From Candidatus Sumerlaeota bacterium (GTDB lineage: Bacteria; Sumerlaeota; Sumerlaeia; UBA8349), in assembly GCA_016931035.1 (NCBI GenBank), contig JAFGFN010000089.1:1-60850 (forward strand): a DNA stretch of 60,850 bases. The letters run 5' to 3'. Shown here piece by piece: positions 13,413-24,115 of this stretch (within the stretch, counting starts at the first letter, position 1; each line of letters begins with the position of its first letter). Below the pieces are notes generated by a model. It searched no databases. It was not told the origin of the DNA and saw nothing but the letters and a program-made list of their open reading frames with translations. A program made the position numbers and the translations under genes.

Positions 13413-13515
13413 TCTTTCTGCTCTCGACTATCGGGCGAATTCGATTGATAATGCTCATGATACGCCCGTCCGAATTCGATGCGTCAACGCGGACGGAGAC
13501 CCAGGCCACGGGCTG

Positions 13516-14634
13516 ATGACAATGCGCAAAACCGCACTCATAACGGGCGTCACGGGTCAGGACGGCGCCTACCTCGCCGAACTCCTCTTGAACAAGGGGT
13601 ACGAGGTCCACGGCATGAAACGCCGAGCCTCTTCGTTCAACACCGACCGGATCGACGATCTCTACCAGGATCCCCACGAGTCGCACCGCCGTTTCATCCT
13701 GCACTACGGCGACATGACCGACTCCACAAACGTCGTTCGAATCGTCCAGAAGGTCCAACCCGACGAGATCTACAATCTCGCGGCCCAAAGCCACGTCCAG
13801 GTTTCCTTCGAGACCCCCGAATACACGGCCAACACCGATGCCCTCGGCGCCCTGCGAATCCTCGAAGCGATCCGGATTCTCGGGCTCGAGCGAAAGACCC
13901 GCTTCTATCAGGCTTCGACCTCCGAACTCTACGGCAAGGTTCGCGAGACCCCCCAGCGCGAGACGACTCCGTTCTACCCGCGTTCCCCCTACGCGGCGGC
14001 GAAACTCTACGCCTATTGGATCACCGTCAACTACCGTGAGGCCTACGGTCTTTTCGCGTGCAACGGGATACTCTTCAACCACGAGTCGCCTATGCGGGGC
14101 GAGACGTTCGTGACGCGAAAAATCACACGCGGGGTCGCCCGGATCAGGTTGGGACTTCAGGATCGACTCTACCTCGGCAATCTGGACGCCCGGCGCGATT
14201 GGGGCCACGCCCGCGACTTTGTCGAAGCCCAATGGCTCATTCTCCAGCACGACCGGCCCGACGACTACGTCATCGCCACCGGCGAGCAGCACTCCGTGCG
14301 CGAGTTCGTCGAACTGGCCTTCCGAGAAGTCGGTGTCGAAATCCAATGGCGCGGCGAGGGACAGGAGGAGGTAGGACTCGCCACATCCTCCCTTGCCGAA
14401 GGGCGCAAGGCGGGAGACAACCTGATTGTGGCGGTGGATCCTCGCTATTTCCGCCCGACGGAGGTCGAGACACTGTTGGGCGATCCGTCCAAAGCCAAGA
14501 CCCAGCTCGGCTGGGCGCCGAAAACGACTTTTCCGCAACTCGTGAGCGAAATGATGCGGGAAGATCTCCTCCTGGCCCAACGCGACCAGGTCGCCCGATC
14601 CCACGGGTTCCGAACGCCCGACTACCACGAATGA
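13516..14634 (+). CDS. gmd: GDP-mannose 4,6-dehydratase
   Basis: [57 protein letters not shown]. Confidence 0.97.
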   Translation: MTMRKTALITGVTGQDGAYLAELLLNKGYEVHGMKRRASSFNTDRIDDLYQDPHESHRRFILHYGDMTDSTNVVRIVQKVQPDEIYNLAAQSHVQVSFETPEYTANTDALGALRILEAIRILGLERKTRFYQASTSELYGKVRETPQRETTPFYPRSPYAAAKLYAYWITVNYREAYGLFACNGILFNHESPMRGETFVTRKITRGVARIRLGLQDRLYLGNLDARRDWGHARDFVEAQWLILQHDRPDDYVIATGEQHSVREFVELAFREVGVEIQWRGEGQEEVGLATSSLAEGRKAGDNLIVAVDPRYFRPTEVETLLGDPSKAKTQLGWAPKTTFPQLVSEMMREDLLLAQRDQVARSHGFRTPDYHE

Positions 14635-15623
14635 AAGGCGATCTCTTGTCGCACGCGGATCGTGCCATGCTCCAGGACGCACGAATCTACGTCGCCGGCC
14701 ATACCGGCCTCGTGGGGTCGGCCATCGTACGCCGTCTCGCGAGCAACGGCCATCGGCGCCTGATCTTCCGTACGCGACAAGAACTCGATCTGACTCGCCA
14801 GAACGACGTACGCCGGTTCATGGAAGAAACCCGGCCCGAGTACGTCTTTCTCTGCGCCGCGCGGGTCGGAGGCATTCTCGCGAACTCGACCTACCCGGCG
14901 GAGTTCATCTACGAAAACCTGACGATCCACTCTCACATCGTCCATGAAGCCTGGCGAGCGGGCGTCAAACGCCTCATCTATCTGGGCTCGTCGTGCGTTT
15001 ATCCGCGCGAGTGCCCCCAACCGATGAAAGAGGAATTCCTTCTCTCGGGCCCGCTGGAGGTCACAAACCGCCCCTACGCCATCGCCAAGATCGCCGGGAT
15101 CGAGATGTGTTGGGCCTACAATCGCCAATACGGGACCCGGTTTCTCGGCGTGATGCCGACCAACATGTACGGTCCGGGCGACAACTTCGACCCCGAGACC
15201 TCGCACGTGCTTCCCGCCTTGATCCGGAAGATGCACGAGGCTAAAGTCGCGGACCGCCCCTCGGTCGCGCTCTGGGGAACGGGCAACGCCCGACGCGAAT
15301 TCCTCTACAGCGACGATCTCGCCGACGCCGTTCTCTTTCTCGTCAACCTGCCCGACCCGGAGTTCGACCGTCTGTTGGGGACGGGCGACGCGCACCCCCT
15401 TGTCAACATCGGGTCGGGGAAGGACCTTACGATTCGCGAACTCGCCAATCTGGTCGCCGAGATCGTCGGTTTTGCGGGACGCATCGAGTGGGACACTTCC
15501 AAACCCGACGGAACGCCGCGCAAGCTCCTGGACGCGAGTCGGTTGACAGAATTGGGATGGTCGCCTAAAGTCTCACTGCGCGACGGAATCGCCCGGGCTC
15601 ACCGTCATTTCCTGGAGACTTGA
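14631..15623 (+). CDS. fcl: GDP-L-fucose synthase
   Basis: [49 protein letters not shown]; ATGA overlap with gmd. Confidence 0.95.
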   Translation: MKGDLLSHADRAMLQDARIYVAGHTGLVGSAIVRRLASNGHRRLIFRTRQELDLTRQNDVRRFMEETRPEYVFLCAARVGGILANSTYPAEFIYENLTIHSHIVHEAWRAGVKRLIYLGSSCVYPRECPQPMKEEFLLSGPLEVTNRPYAIAKIAGIEMCWAYNRQYGTRFLGVMPTNMYGPGDNFDPETSHVLPALIRKMHEAKVADRPSVALWGTGNARREFLYSDDLADAVLFLVNLPDPEFDRLLGTGDAHPLVNIGSGKDLTIRELANLVAEIVGFAGRIEWDTSKPDGTPRKLLDASRLTELGWSPKVSLRDGIARAHRHFLET

Positions 15624-15629
15624 TCGATC

Positions 15630-16529
15630 ATGGCCGAGAGTGCGACAGTTCCCCAGATCTCCGATCCGCCCACGATTCGCATCCGCCCCTCGCGCGGGTG
15701 GATCGCGATCGATTTCCGCGAGCTCTGGCGCTGGCGCGAGCTGCTCTACTTCTTGACTTGGCGCGACGTCAAGGTGAAGTACAAACAGACCCTTCTTGGA
15801 TTCGCCTGGGCGGTTCTCGTTCCCGTCGGCAACATGGTGGTTCTCGGCACCATCTTCGGCAAAGTCGCCAAGCTGCCGACCGACGGTCTCGATCCCTACT
15901 TGTTCATCCTGGCCGGTCTCGTCCCCTGGCAGTATTTCGCCAACTCGTTGAGCATGTCGAGCAACTCCCTGGTGGGCTACAGCCACCTCATCACGAAGAT
16001 CTACTTCCCCCGCCTTTTCGTTCCGCTCGGGATTTGCATCGCCAACATCGTGGACTTCCTTCTCGCTTTCTCGGTTCTCTTGGTCATGATTCTCGTCATG
16101 ATGGGACTTCCCGCCGCCACGTTCGTCCTCATCCCCTTTCTGATGCTGATCGCCATGACGTTGGCGCTCGGCATGGGAACCGCGCTTTCGGCGATGAACG
16201 TTAAGTATCGCGACATCAAGTTCGTCGTGCCCTTCATCGTTCAGATCTGGATGTACTGTTCCATTATCGTTCCCGCTAGCCTGATTCGAGAGAAATGGGG
16301 AAGCCTTGCCTATTACCTCTACGGGGTCAACCCCATGGCGGGCGTGATCGAAGGGATCCGGTGGTGCTTGCTTCACAATCGGATGTTCGTCGAGAAGGAA
16401 GGGGTGCACTCTGCCGTCGAGGCGCCGTGGGGTCTCATGGCCGCTGGCGTTCCGATGACCGTCTTGACGCTCGTGTTCGGGCTCTACTATTTCAAGCGGA
16501 TGGAAAAGATGTTCGCCGACATTGTGTGA
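15630..16529 (+). CDS. wzm: Polysaccharide ABC exporter permease
   Basis: RDVKVKYKQTLLGFAW, KIYFPR, NPMAGVIEGIR, C-terminal FADIV. Confidence 0.92.
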   Translation: MAESATVPQISDPPTIRIRPSRGWIAIDFRELWRWRELLYFLTWRDVKVKYKQTLLGFAWAVLVPVGNMVVLGTIFGKVAKLPTDGLDPYLFILAGLVPWQYFANSLSMSSNSLVGYSHLITKIYFPRLFVPLGICIANIVDFLLAFSVLLVMILVMMGLPAATFVLIPFLMLIAMTLALGMGTALSAMNVKYRDIKFVVPFIVQIWMYCSIIVPASLIREKWGSLAYYLYGVNPMAGVIEGIRWCLLHNRMFVEKEGVHSAVEAPWGLMAAGVPMTVLTLVFGLYYFKRMEKMFADIV

Positions 16530-16571
16530 GACGGAGGCGGTGGGAGCGCGCGGTCGCGCCGGAGAGACATC

Positions 16572-17246
16572 ATGAAGAAACGCGAAGTCCGCGTCCTGTT
16601 CTTGGGCAAGGAAGGAGACGAGCACTGCGCCAAGGCGCTCGAGTTCTGCGAAGCGAGTTTCGCGGAGGTCACGGCGCGTCTGGGCCAATGGGGAGACCCC
16701 CGACCCGAGGTGATGGATTCATGGCAGGGCGACTACATCGTGTCCTATCTCTCGCGGTGGATTGTCCCCGCGAGCCTGTTGCAGAGGGCTCGCATCGCCG
16801 CGGTCAATTTCCATCCCGCTTCTCCCGCGTATCCCGGAATCGGCTGCCTTAATTTCGCCCTCTACGAGGACGCGCGCGAGTACGGCGTCACGTGTCACCA
16901 CATGGCGGCCAAGGTGGATGCGGGACCGATCGTCGCGGTGAAACGCTTCCCGATTCTCCCGAGCGACAACGTGGCCTCGCTCCTGAAACGAACGTACGCC
17001 CACCAGCTGGCGTTGTTCCTGGAGATCGCGTCCCGGATCGTCGAAGGCAAGGAACTCCCCGTTTCCGAGGAAAAGTGGACCCGAAGGCCGTTCACGAAGA
17101 AGGACCTTGACGAACTGAAGCGCATCGATCCCGGCATGTCCCGGGAAGAGATAGAGAGGAGAATCAGGGCCACGACGTTCGACAAGTGGCGACCGTTCAC
17201 GCAGATCGAAGGATTCACGTTCGAGATCAAGATCGAGCCGGACTGA
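16572..17246 (+). CDS. Formyltransferase (sugar N-formyltransferase-like), paralog 1
   Basis: VNFHPASP, YGVTCHHM and KVDAGPI formyltransferase motifs. Confidence 0.85.
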   Translation: MKKREVRVLFLGKEGDEHCAKALEFCEASFAEVTARLGQWGDPRPEVMDSWQGDYIVSYLSRWIVPASLLQRARIAAVNFHPASPAYPGIGCLNFALYEDAREYGVTCHHMAAKVDAGPIVAVKRFPILPSDNVASLLKRTYAHQLALFLEIASRIVEGKELPVSEEKWTRRPFTKKDLDELKRIDPGMSREEIERRIRATTFDKWRPFTQIEGFTFEIKIEPD

Positions 17247-17412
17247 GTGCAACAAGGCTCAAGATTGTGCGCCTGCAACGACCTCGGCGCGCGCCTTCGG
17301 CCTTTACTATTTGTCGGCGAACCGGGAGTATGTTCGTCGCTGTCGTCCGAAAGTGAAACGAGGACGAAGTCGAGAGAGAACCAAACACAAGACCGTCCCG
17401 AATGGTGTGGCT

Positions 17413-18723
17413 ATGAGCGACGTCGTCATACAAATCCAAGGACTCGGCAAGCGTTACCGCCTCGGCCAGACAGTGGACCTGTCGCGCACGTTCCGCGAGA
17501 CGCTCGCCACGCTTCCCCGTTTCTTCGGACAGAAGGCGCGTCAGGCGGCTCGGACTCTCGCGGCGTCGAGAGCGGCCGCGCGCGCCGCTGCCGAATCGAG
17601 CGATCCGGAGACTCCACCGGGAACGTTCTGGGCGCTTCGCGACGTCGATCTGGAGGTTCAACAGGGCGAAGTCGTCGGCATCATCGGTCGAAACGGGGCG
17701 GGGAAATCGACGCTCCTGAAGATTCTTTCGCGCATCACCACGCCGACGAAGGGAGAAGCCCTGATCCGCGGCCGACTGGCCTCGCTCCTCGAAGTCGGAA
17801 CCGGTTTCCACCCCGAGCTGACGGGACGCGAGAACATCTACCTCAACGGCGCGATCCTCGGGATGAACCGGTTCGAGATCACGCGCAAGTTCGACGAGAT
17901 CGTCGCCTTCGCCGAGGTCGAGAAGTTCATCGACACGCCCGTCAAACGCTATTCGAGCGGCATGTATGTCCGCCTGGCCTTTTCCGTCGCCGCGCATCTC
18001 GAACCCGAGATCATGATCGTGGACGAAGTCCTGGCCGTGGGCGACGCCGAATTCCAGAAGCGATGTCTCGGAAGAATGAGCGACGTGGCGAGGGAAGGGC
18101 GTACCGTTTTGTTCGTGAGCCACAACATGGCCGCGGTTCTTTCCCTCTGTACGCGCGCCTGCCTTCTGGAAAAGGGACGTCTCGTGTTGGAGGGCCCCAC
18201 GCCGAACGTGATCAACGAATACATCAATCGCGCTGCAAAGGAAATCGACGTACCGCTAGATGAGCGCACGGATCGCAAGGGCGACGGCCGCGCGAGATTG
18301 ACCTCGGTGTCGGTCCGAAACGAACGGGGCGAGTCGTCCCTCCGGTGCGGCGACCGCTTGCGAATCGCTTTGGGATACCGAGCCGACGCGGCCTTGAAAG
18401 GCGCGAAGTTCTTGGTGGGCGTATACGATCACTTCGATCGGCCCGTGTTCTTTCTCGACAGTCAGAGCGACGGGGGATTCCACGCCGAACTACCCGCGAC
18501 GGGGGAAATCGTGTGCCTGACCGAGCCCATCAATCTGACGCCGGGTCCTTGCCGAGTGAATGTCGCGGTGCTCTTGAATGAGTTTCTGGCCGACCACGTG
18601 ATCGGAGCGTGCGGATTCGAGGTGGAGTCGGAAGACTTCTACGGCACGGGACGACTCACCGAACGAAAGAACGCGCTGTGCTTGCTCCGACAAGACTGGG
18701 ATTTGGGGACAATAGACGCATGA
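17413..18723 (+). CDS. wzt: Polysaccharide ABC exporter ATPase with C-terminal Wzt-C domain
   Basis: [37 protein letters not shown]; C-terminal extension of about 150 aa. Confidence 0.93.
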   Translation: MSDVVIQIQGLGKRYRLGQTVDLSRTFRETLATLPRFFGQKARQAARTLAASRAAARAAAESSDPETPPGTFWALRDVDLEVQQGEVVGIIGRNGAGKSTLLKILSRITTPTKGEALIRGRLASLLEVGTGFHPELTGRENIYLNGAILGMNRFEITRKFDEIVAFAEVEKFIDTPVKRYSSGMYVRLAFSVAAHLEPEIMIVDEVLAVGDAEFQKRCLGRMSDVAREGRTVLFVSHNMAAVLSLCTRACLLEKGRLVLEGPTPNVINEYINRAAKEIDVPLDERTDRKGDGRARLTSVSVRNERGESSLRCGDRLRIALGYRADAALKGAKFLVGVYDHFDRPVFFLDSQSDGGFHAELPATGEIVCLTEPINLTPGPCRVNVAVLLNEFLADHVIGACGFEVESEDFYGTGRLTERKNALCLLRQDWDLGTIDA

Positions 18724-20057
18724 AGACGATCCCCCAAGAAGAGATCCAGCCTGTTGCCTCTTCGCTGGTCGATCCGGCCGGCCAATTGTTTGCCTGGGGC
18801 TCCGGGCTCTACCGGGCGATCCGGCCCTCTCACCGAGCCTTCTACCGCGACCTGTTCGAAACAAAGCGGATTGAGACCCTGTTCGACCGAGGACTCGTTC
18901 GCACGAGAATCACCGACTACTGCCTGGAGGGTTTCCCTCTGGTGCTGGAACACGACCGAATCCCGACCGTGTCCTACGCGTGCGAGTGGGGCTCGGAGAT
19001 GCTCAAGGACGCGGCCCTTGCGTACTGCGACTTGGCGATCGAGCTGCGTCGCCGCGGTCTGGGTCTCAAGGACGCCCATCCTTGGAACATGCTCTTCGAT
19101 CTTGGGCGTCCGGTCTTTGTCGACTGGGGCTCCCTGTGTCCTGCCGAGCACGAGCCGGTTTGGCTCTATGCAGAGTTCCGCCGTTGGTTCCTTTATCCTC
19201 TTCTCCTCATGGCTTTTGGGAAGAGTGATTTCGGCCGGATGGTCCTTCGGGAACACTACTCTCTCGATCGGACCGACGTGTTCAGAATGCTCTGGGGTCG
19301 CGCGCCGCTCGCGCAGTGGATCAAGTATTGGCAGGCCGATCGTCGCCTCGCGCGGGCGTTCGGAACGAACCGACGCGACGCGGAGGCCTTCTCGATCTTG
19401 CGGAAAACCATGGAGTCGATCCCCGCAGGTTTCCAACAAACCGAGTGGTCCGAATACGGGAACGGCGTAGACGATCTCGTATCCAAACCCATGGACGAGT
19501 GGCCCGAGAAGTTTCGCAACGTTTGTCGTCTGATCGAGACCGCGCGGCCCAAAACGCTCCTTGACGTCGGGTGCAACCGCGGCTGGTTCTCCGAGATGGC
19601 GGCGCAACTGGGAGCCCGAGTCGTGTCGCTGGATGTGGACGAGAAGAGCATCAATGCGCTTTACCGAAAAGTACGGCAGAACCCGAGGCCTATTCTCCCC
19701 CTAGTCATGGACTCGTGCAAGCCGACGCCCGCCCAAGGTCTCGCCCGGTCCTTCCCGGCCGCCACCGACCGCCTCCGAGCCGAGATGGTACTGGTTCTTG
19801 CTGTGGTGCATCATCTCGTCTTCAAGCGCGGACTCTCCTTTGAGGCCATCGCCCGAGAGTTGGCCGCTTTTACCGAGAGAGTCCTGGTCGTGGAATTCGT
19901 CCCTGCGGAGGACGAGCACGTGAAGAGATGGATGAAAGACTCGTTCTCGTGGTACCACCTGGAAGGATTCTGTGAGTCTTTGCGCGAATACTTCCCGAAC
20001 ATTCGGGTGACCGACTCCTCACCCGGCCCTCGGGTGCTTGTGGTATGCGAGAAGTAG
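18720..20057 (+). CDS. Kinase-like / SAM-methyltransferase fusion (NoeA-like), putative glycan chain terminator
   Basis: N-terminal LKDAHPWNMLF and VFVDWGS kinase-like motifs; C-terminal LLDVGCNRG and LAVVHHL; ATGA-coupled to wzt. Confidence 0.75.
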   Translation: MKTIPQEEIQPVASSLVDPAGQLFAWGSGLYRAIRPSHRAFYRDLFETKRIETLFDRGLVRTRITDYCLEGFPLVLEHDRIPTVSYACEWGSEMLKDAALAYCDLAIELRRRGLGLKDAHPWNMLFDLGRPVFVDWGSLCPAEHEPVWLYAEFRRWFLYPLLLMAFGKSDFGRMVLREHYSLDRTDVFRMLWGRAPLAQWIKYWQADRRLARAFGTNRRDAEAFSILRKTMESIPAGFQQTEWSEYGNGVDDLVSKPMDEWPEKFRNVCRLIETARPKTLLDVGCNRGWFSEMAAQLGARVVSLDVDEKSINALYRKVRQNPRPILPLVMDSCKPTPAQGLARSFPAATDRLRAEMVLVLAVVHHLVFKRGLSFEAIARELAAFTERVLVVEFVPAEDEHVKRWMKDSFSWYHLEGFCESLREYFPNIRVTDSSPGPRVLVVCEK

Positions 20058-20097
20058 CAGCGCCCCAAAGGGGCATTCCTGTCAGAGGTGCGGCATC

Positions 20098-20775
20098 ATG
20101 AGCAAGAAGAACGCTTCCATCCTCTTTCTGGGCAAGGAAGCGGATGAATACTGCGAGAAAGCCCTGGAATTCTGTCGGCTGCATTTCACGAACGTCACGG
20201 CGTGTTTGGGCAAATGGGGAGACCCGAAGCCCGATACGATGACTTCATGGCGGGGCGACTACGTTGTCTCCTATTTGTCGCGATGGATCGTGCCCTCCGG
20301 TCTGTTGGAACTCGCGCGTGTCGCCGCGATCAACTTCCATCCAGGGCCGCCGGAATATCCAGGCTTCGGCTGCTACAACTTCGCCCTTTACGAGAATGCG
20401 AGAGAGTACGGTGTGACTTGTCACCGTATGGTGGCGAGAGTGGACGCGGGCCCGATCGTCGCCGTAAGGCGATTTCCGATTCTTCCCAGCGATGGCGTCG
20501 CGTCGCTTCTGAATCGTACCCATGAGAATCTGTTTGCCCTGTTCCTTGACGTCGCGACCGGCATCGCTGAGGGAAGGGATTTGCCCGCCTCGACGGAGCA
20601 GTGGAAGAGAGAACCGTTTACCAAGAAGAGACTTCTCGAGTTGGAGCGGATAACGCCGGAGATGACGCGAGAAGAGGTCGAGAGAAGAATTCGAGCCGTG
20701 TCCTTTCACGCGTGGCGTCCCTTTGTAGAGGTCCAGGGCTTCAGATTCGACCTCAGGACGGAGCAGGACGAATAG
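20098..20775 (+). CDS. Formyltransferase, paralog 2
   Basis: INFHPGPPEYPG, YGVTCHRM, RVDAGPI; colinear with 16572..17246. Confidence 0.85.
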   Translation: MSKKNASILFLGKEADEYCEKALEFCRLHFTNVTACLGKWGDPKPDTMTSWRGDYVVSYLSRWIVPSGLLELARVAAINFHPGPPEYPGFGCYNFALYENAREYGVTCHRMVARVDAGPIVAVRRFPILPSDGVASLLNRTHENLFALFLDVATGIAEGRDLPASTEQWKREPFTKKRLLELERITPEMTREEVERRIRAVSFHAWRPFVEVQGFRFDLRTEQDE

Positions 20776-20797
20776 GGCGATTGCCCGAGGTGAGAGA

Positions 20798-22123
20798 TTG
20801 ACGAACCCTCTGAGAATAGCGCTCTGTGCCGAACTCGGTCCCGACACGAATTACGGCGGGGTCGAATCCGTATTGGTAGGTCTGATCTCCGCTCTCGGCA
20901 AGCTGACCGACGGGCCGGAGGAATACGTTATCACCACGCCCGCGAAGGCCCCAGACTGGCTGAGGAACTACGTCGGTCCCAATCAGCGGATGGTTTCGCG
21001 GCCCACTCCGCCGGCGGCGACTCCACGCCACCCGCTGGCCGCACGAATGCTGGGTTCGGTTTACGAAGGGCTGGGCGCCGCGAAGCGACGGCTGCGAAAA
21101 CCGGCGGACATCGTAGCGACACCATCGCCCTGGACCCAGATACCGCTTTCCAACGGTTTCTATGAGAGCCTGGGATGCGACGTTCTGCATTTTCCCTACC
21201 AGACGTTCACCCTTTGTTCGATCCCGACGGTTTTCAACCCGCACGACCTCCAGCACCGTCATATGCCGAGTCTCTTCTCCCCCCAGCTGATCGCGGACCG
21301 CGAGAGTCTATACAGACAGGCGTGCGGGCTCTCGCACACCGTCGTCGTTGCGTCCGATTGGACGAAGAACGACCTGATCTTTCACTACGGCCTTCATCCC
21401 GACAAGATCCAAACGATTCCCTGGGCCTCGCCCACGCAGGCACTCGCCGATCCTTCGGAGGGAGATCTGGCCTCCGTGGGCGAGAAGTACGGTCTTCGCC
21501 CTCCCTACGCGCTTTACCCGGCCGTGATGTGGCCCCACAAGAATCACGTGCGATTGCTCGAAGCGCTGGCTTGGCTTCGCGACCGCGACAACCTTGACGT
21601 TCGTCTGGTGTGCACCGGGAAACGGCGGGAGAACGTATGGACGCGGATCGAATCGCGCTTGCGGGAACTGCGTTTGGAAGATAGAGTTCAGTTCCTGGGA
21701 CACATCTCCCGGGAAGACTTGCGCGCCGTCTATCGGATGGCTCAGTTCGTGGTCGTTCCCACGCTCTTCGAGGCCGCCAGCGGACCGATGTACGAGGCAT
21801 GGCTCGAAGGCCGGGCGGTCGCCTGTTCTACGGTGACCTCTCTGCCCGAGCAAGCGGCCGACGCGGCGCTGTTGTTCGATCCCTATTCGGTGGAGGCCAT
21901 TGCCGCCGCCATCAAGCGACTGGCGACCGAGCCGGATCTGCGCGAGGACCTGGAACGCAAGGGACGCTGTCGGCTGGCCGACTTCACCTGGGATCGCACG
22001 GCCCGGGCGTATCGAGCCGTCTATCGCCGCGCGGCCCGCGTTCCTTTGAACGACGAAGACCGCCTTCTGCTGGCGTGGGACTGGATGAAGGACCGCGAGC
22101 CGCCCAAGGACCTGACTCGATGA
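20798..22123 (+). CDS. Glycosyltransferase family 4
   Basis: PHDLQHRH, LYPAVMWPHKNH, PTLFEAASGPMYEAW, SLPE, LFDP. Confidence 0.88.
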   Translation: MTNPLRIALCAELGPDTNYGGVESVLVGLISALGKLTDGPEEYVITTPAKAPDWLRNYVGPNQRMVSRPTPPAATPRHPLAARMLGSVYEGLGAAKRRLRKPADIVATPSPWTQIPLSNGFYESLGCDVLHFPYQTFTLCSIPTVFNPHDLQHRHMPSLFSPQLIADRESLYRQACGLSHTVVVASDWTKNDLIFHYGLHPDKIQTIPWASPTQALADPSEGDLASVGEKYGLRPPYALYPAVMWPHKNHVRLLEALAWLRDRDNLDVRLVCTGKRRENVWTRIESRLRELRLEDRVQFLGHISREDLRAVYRMAQFVVVPTLFEAASGPMYEAWLEGRAVACSTVTSLPEQAADAALLFDPYSVEAIAAAIKRLATEPDLREDLERKGRCRLADFTWDRTARAYRAVYRRAARVPLNDEDRLLLAWDWMKDREPPKDLTR

Positions 22124-23232
22124 AACGATTCATACCCGTTGCGGAACCGGTGTTTGCGGGACGCGAGAGAGAATACGTTCTCGACTGCCTCGATTCCACC
22201 TGGATCTCCTCCAACGGCAAGTATATCGAACGATTCGAGAAGACGTTCGCCGAGTTCTGCGGCGTGCGTCACGCCATGGCGTGCTGCAACGGGACCGTGG
22301 CGCTGCATTTGGCGTTGATGGCGTTGGGAATCGGGCGGGGCGACGAGGTGATCTGTCCCACCCTCACCTATGTCGCGACGGCCAACGCCATCGCCTACTG
22401 CGGCGCCAAGCCCGTCCTGGTCGACTCGGAACCCCGAACATGGAACCTGGACCCCTCGAAGATCGAGGCGCTCGTCACCGAGAAGACTCGGGCCATCGTG
22501 GTCGTTCATCTCTACGGCCATCCGGTCGATATGGATCCCGTTCTGGCCCTGGCCCGCAAGTATGACCTCCGCGTGGTGGAAGACGCCGCGGAAGCCCATG
22601 GCGCGCTCTACAAAGGGCGCAGGATCGGTTCGTTGGGCGACGTGGCGACGTTCAGCTTTTACGGCAACAAGATCATCACCACCGGCGAGGGAGGAATGGT
22701 CGTCACGAACCACGCCGATCTGGCCGCTCGCGTGCGGCTCCTCAAGGGTCAGGGAATGGACACCGCGCGGCGCTACTGGTTCCCTGTCCGAGGCTACAAC
22801 TACCGCATGACGAACGTGGCGGCGGCGATCGGCCTCGCACAACTCGAAAAGATCGAGTGGTATCTCGAACGCAAACGCGAGGTGGCCGAAAGGTACGCGG
22901 CCCGTCTTGCGGGCGTTCCCGGAATCGTTCTTCAGGCCGAGGAATCGTGGGCTCGGCACGTCTTCTGGATGTTCAGCATCGTTCTGGACGACAGCCGCAA
23001 AGTCGAGCGAGACGAGGCAATGAGACGTCTCGCGGAGAGAGGCGTCGAAACGCGCCCCCTCTTTTATCCCATGCATGTGCTCCCCATGTACCTCGACGCG
23101 ACGCCTGGGGCGTTCCCCGTCGCCGACTGGCTTGCCGCCCGCGGAATGAACCTCCCTTCGTCCGCGCGACTGACGGAAAGCGATATCGATTTCGTGTGCG
23201 AACAATTGCTCGCTTCGATAGAAACGGCGTGA
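22120..23232 (+). CDS. DegT/DnrJ aminotransferase, perosamine-synthase-like
   Basis: WISSNGKY, NGTVALHLAL, EDAAEAHG, SFYGNKIITTGEGG (PLP lysine), GYNYRMTN, NLPS. Confidence 0.9.
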   Translation: MKRFIPVAEPVFAGREREYVLDCLDSTWISSNGKYIERFEKTFAEFCGVRHAMACCNGTVALHLALMALGIGRGDEVICPTLTYVATANAIAYCGAKPVLVDSEPRTWNLDPSKIEALVTEKTRAIVVVHLYGHPVDMDPVLALARKYDLRVVEDAAEAHGALYKGRRIGSLGDVATFSFYGNKIITTGEGGMVVTNHADLAARVRLLKGQGMDTARRYWFPVRGYNYRMTNVAAAIGLAQLEKIEWYLERKREVAERYAARLAGVPGIVLQAEESWARHVFWMFSIVLDDSRKVERDEAMRRLAERGVETRPLFYPMHVLPMYLDATPGAFPVADWLAARGMNLPSSARLTESDIDFVCEQLLASIETA

Positions 23233-23255
23233 GCGGTTGCGTCGAAGGCTCGGCC

Positions 23256-24074
23256 ATGATGATGACACGTTACGCGGAATGCCCTCATTTGCCTGCTCTG
23301 TTGGCGAAGTATCCTCGCGATCCGTCCTTCGCGCTGATCCGTACGCCCGAGATCGAGTATCTGAGGAAGATCGACTTTGCGCGTCCTTCTCTGGATCATT
23401 GTTGCGGTGACGGGTTCTTCGCCTCTCTCGTTTCTCTCGATGGTTTCGACGCGGGAGTCGATTTCTCGAAACCGGCGCTCGATGCAGCGAGCCGAGTTCA
23501 TCGCCGTGACGGCGAGGGGCCGTTGTACGGTGATTTGAAGCGTAGCGACGTCTCGAAGGAGATCCCTTGGCCCAACGAGACGTTTGCCTTCGTTCTGAAC
23601 AACAGCGGCCTCGAACACATCGACGGCCTGGAGGGGGCGCTGCAAGAGATATCGCGTGTGCTCCGCCCCGGCGGCCGTTTCGTGTTCACACTCCTGGGAA
23701 AGCGAGCCATCGATTGGTGGCCGCCCGATCTCGAAGACGGCTCGCGAGAAACGTACCTGGAGCGTCAGCCGATGCGCAACCTCCTCAGCCTCGACGAATG
23801 GCGCGTTCGTCTGGCGAACCACGGCCTGCGCCTCGTCGATTTCGAGAGTCATTTCGACCGTGAGGAGAATGAGTTCAATCTCCGCTACGACTATCTTCAC
23901 AGCATGGCGTACTTGGCCGGGCGTCCGCTGCCGGGCTGGTTGACTTTTCTCCATCGGCGTTCCTGGTTATCTCGTGTTTACTTCGGCCGGACGATCCGAC
24001 GAAGAACGTATCACTCGTATCCGAACGAGGACGCAGGCGCCATGTACTGCTTCACGACGGTCAAGGAATCGTAG
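23256..24074 (+). CDS. SAM-dependent methyltransferase
   Basis: SLDHCCGDGFF, NSGLEHI, RVLRPGGRFVFT; alternative GTG start at 23229. Confidence 0.8.
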   Translation: MMMTRYAECPHLPALLAKYPRDPSFALIRTPEIEYLRKIDFARPSLDHCCGDGFFASLVSLDGFDAGVDFSKPALDAASRVHRRDGEGPLYGDLKRSDVSKEIPWPNETFAFVLNNSGLEHIDGLEGALQEISRVLRPGGRFVFTLLGKRAIDWWPPDLEDGSRETYLERQPMRNLLSLDEWRVRLANHGLRLVDFESHFDREENEFNLRYDYLHSMAYLAGRPLPGWLTFLHRRSWLSRVYFGRTIRRRTYHSYPNEDAGAMYCFTTVKES

Positions 24075-24115
24075 ACTCGGCTCGCGAGAGCACGCCGAGA
24101 AAGAAACCCTTAACT

